Source: Verrucomicrobiota bacterium
GTDB taxonomy: Bacteria; Verrucomicrobiota; Verrucomicrobiia; Opitutales; Cerasicoccaceae
DNA: 64,000 nt
Reading direction: 5' to 3'
Assembly: GCA_039818205.1 (NCBI GenBank)
Contig: JBCBUK010000010.1
Location: 64,001-128,000 of the forward strand
Part shown: piece by piece, positions 63,638 to 64,000 of the stretch
Numbering within the stretch: the first letter of the stretch is position 1
Layout: each line of letters begins with the position of its first letter
The notes under the pieces: model-generated
What the model saw: the letters and a program-made list of their open reading frames with translations, nothing else
Database searches by the model: none
Told to the model about the DNA's origin: nothing
Made by a program: the position numbers and the translations under genes

Positions 63638-63815
63638 TTCTCGTTCAAATCGAAATTCCTGAAGGTGTTGGCCAACTGGGTTTTCCGGTTGGCTGATTCC
63701 TTTTTTCGTAGCTGAAATATGTATTTGTTGTTTCGGAAATGACAACTTTGGGGTGAAATTGGTTTGTTCTATGTAATATTTGGTATATTGTTAATCGCGT
63801 TGAACCTCCCTCAAT

Positions 63816-64000
63816 ATGCTTCGAAATCCCTTTTTCCTCCTCGGGCTTGTCCTATCGGTTTTTGTGCCCTCGTTGAATGCTGAACCGGCGATCAAGAATC
63901 ACTCGGCCGAAATCAATATTGGAACCGCCAACGAATCATTAGATGCAGCTGAGGTATTGAACTGGTCGGGCGATGCACGGCTACATCGCGGTGATAACGA
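63816..64000 (+). CDS. 5' part of a probable secreted protein (runs off window)
   Basis: MLRNPFFLLGLVLSVFVPSLNA|EPA signal-peptide-like start; frame open to the window end. Confidence 0.6.
   Translation, partial: MLRNPFFLLGLVLSVFVPSLNAEPAIKNHSAEINIGTANESLDAAEVLNWSGDARLHRGDN

Overview
Bacterial chromosomal window of moderately high GC. It is probably from a marine Verrucomicrobiota/Opitutia-type organism; this is inferred from gene style and C-terminal tails and was not verified. Housekeeping genes (prfB 3' part, SUI1/yciH, sucA-sucB-lpdA, oxyR-ankyrin-katG, tRNA-Leu(CAG), aroC) alternate with accessory blocks. Block 1 (8.5-20.2 kb) is a divergent five-gene candidate immune/conflict locus: TM protein, TIR and SLOG on the minus strand, facing TIR and a 2086-aa nSTAND1-TM-3xWD40 protein on the plus strand. 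It is the best candidate for an undescribed system. Block 2 (about 35.9-49.5 kb) is a decayed island at the tRNA-Leu 3' end. It carries an amidinotransferase + ATP-grasp + PRMT-like methyltransferase mini-cluster, NAGGN osmolyte genes, an OPT transporter, and a racemase whose 5' end is fused to an integrase remnant. Block 3 is a BlaI/BlaR1-like pair bracketed by a perfect 18-bp inverted repeat (likely operators) in front of a 1756-aa di-heme peroxidase-like surface protein. Two genes (acpH and the methyltransferase) are interrupted by single in-frame stops at apparent Trp positions. All family calls come from motif recognition by eye; no searches were run.
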